This document shows positions 37,907-39,257 of a DNA stretch of 39,257 bases, one piece after another (position 1 is the stretch's first letter; the number at the start of each line of letters is the position of its first letter). The position numbers and the translations under genes were made by a program. Source of the stretch: Basidiobolus ranarum (lineage: Eukaryota); assembly GCA_040143965.1 (NCBI GenBank), contig JASJQH010000043.1, forward strand, positions 1 through 39,257. Direction: 5' to 3'. A model generated the notes under the pieces. That model was not told the origin of the DNA. It did not search any database and was given only the letters and a program-made list of their open reading frames with translations.

Positions 37907-39257
37907 ATGATTTTTCAATCTCCACATCCAGTCATCGCCCTCCCTTATTCGGATGTATATTCCTTCATTTTTGATCATCCAAAAATTCCGAAGGAACAGG
38001 TGACTTTGATAGATGCAAAATCTAGCCAAACTATTACCTTTGGCCAGTTACATGATTTCTCATTAAGGTTCGCCGCAAATCTCGTCAATAAATTCAACTT
38101 CATGGTTGGCGATCGTGTGGCTATGTTCACACCGAATCACGTGAGTGCGGATTGAAACCCTTTTTGCCGATTCAATATTAACTCGCATTTAGGTTCTTTA
38201 CTCGACAGTTTTAATGGGTGTCCTAGCAGCGGGTAAATGAGGAGAAAATCAGATTCATGGTCATGATGCTTATACTAAAGTTATAATGAATAGGTGGAAC
38301 GGTTACTCCGGCCAACCCTCAGTACACTGCGTCCGAATTTGCTCGACAATTGTCCGAAACCCAAAGTAAAATTGTGGTGACCAATAATTCACTGTTACCA
38401 TTGGTTAGAGAAGCCCTCAACCTAGCAAGTATTGACAGGTACCACCTAATTGTCCTGGAGTCCTCTTGGGAGCCCTCGGTTTATAGTATAGATCAGATGC
38501 TAGTGGAAGCTACTTTCCAGCGCCCGTTAGTCAATCCTGAAAGTACTGCTTATATTTGCTACTCTTCGGGAACTTCAGGTAATATTTAAGCACTACTTCG
38601 TTTCAAAGTTCTCCCTTCAACTATGATGCTATCTAGGTCAGCCTAAGGGGGTAGTAACCACTCATCTCAACATTGTCAGCAGTATCTGTCAGCAGTCACT
38701 GATCTATGAATCACGTGGTCAGGTAATCTCGGGAAGTCTGCCATATTATCACATGTATGGATTATGTCGCTGTTTGCACACACCATTAGTAGTCCCGGGG
38801 GCGCAAACAGTGGTGATGAGTAGATTTGATATTGTAGAATTTCTTGAGGCGATCGAGAAATATCGAATCACGAAATTGATGATCGTACCGCCGATCGCGT
38901 TAATGCTTTTAAAACACCCATTGGCTGATAAATTTAATATGAGTAGTGTGAGAAAGATTAACTCAGCAGCGGCGCCATTAGGGAAAGAATTATCTTTGGA
39001 ATTGACACATAAATTTGGAATTACCGTTGTGGAAGGGTACGGATTAACCGAAACATCTCCCGTAGCATTGTGCTTTGCTTACGATGATCATCTGCATGGT
39101 GCAGTGGGTCAATTGGCACCTAATATGGAGGCCAAAATTGTATGTCCAGAAACTGGTAAAGAGCTGAGCTACGACCAGGAAGGGGAGATTTGGTTCAGGG
39201 GCCCTAATATAATGCAAGGATATTTTCTCAACTCCACAGCTACTGCCGAAAGTATCG
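37907..39257 (+). CDS. 4-coumarate:CoA ligase / luciferase-like acyl-CoA ligase (ANL superfamily), 3' end outside the window
   Basis: GGTVTPANPQY, P-loop YSSGTSG|QPKGV, LPYYHMYGL, IVPPI, SAAAPLG, GYGLTETSP and GEIWFRGPNIMQGY; three GT-AG introns. Confidence 0.9.

Overview
Gene-dense, intron-rich eukaryotic DNA, most consistent with an early-diverging fungus (Zoopagomycota/Mucoromycota-like, e.g. Basidiobolus; the taxon is an inference). By splicing exons manually I recover 16 protein-coding genes. On + are a GT34 glycosyltransferase, mitoribosomal mL41, TMEM170, an Ecl1-family protein and a 26-intron DNA ligase IV. On - are a short/branched-chain acyl-CoA dehydrogenase, a group II PLP decarboxylase, FAD synthetase, a DUF1752 plus two-finger GATA factor, a C12orf65-type GGQ factor, a DUF676 lipase, RPS8 and a Zds1-like protein. 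On + again are RPS4, CAP/Srv2 and a 3'-truncated 4CL-like acyl-CoA ligase. I found no tRNA, rRNA, CRISPR array or intact mobile element, and nothing I can call a new multi-gene system. The most notable signals are: two minor-spliceosome (U12-type) GT-AG introns in LIG4; a sharply bounded ~1.76 kb block almost devoid of CpG (likely a methylated repeat relic); a symmetric exon that could switch the GATA factor between two fingers and one; a candidate GC-AG 5'UTR intron hiding a uORF in the same gene; a recurrent intergenic GTCACRTG motif; and strongly strand-blocked gene order.
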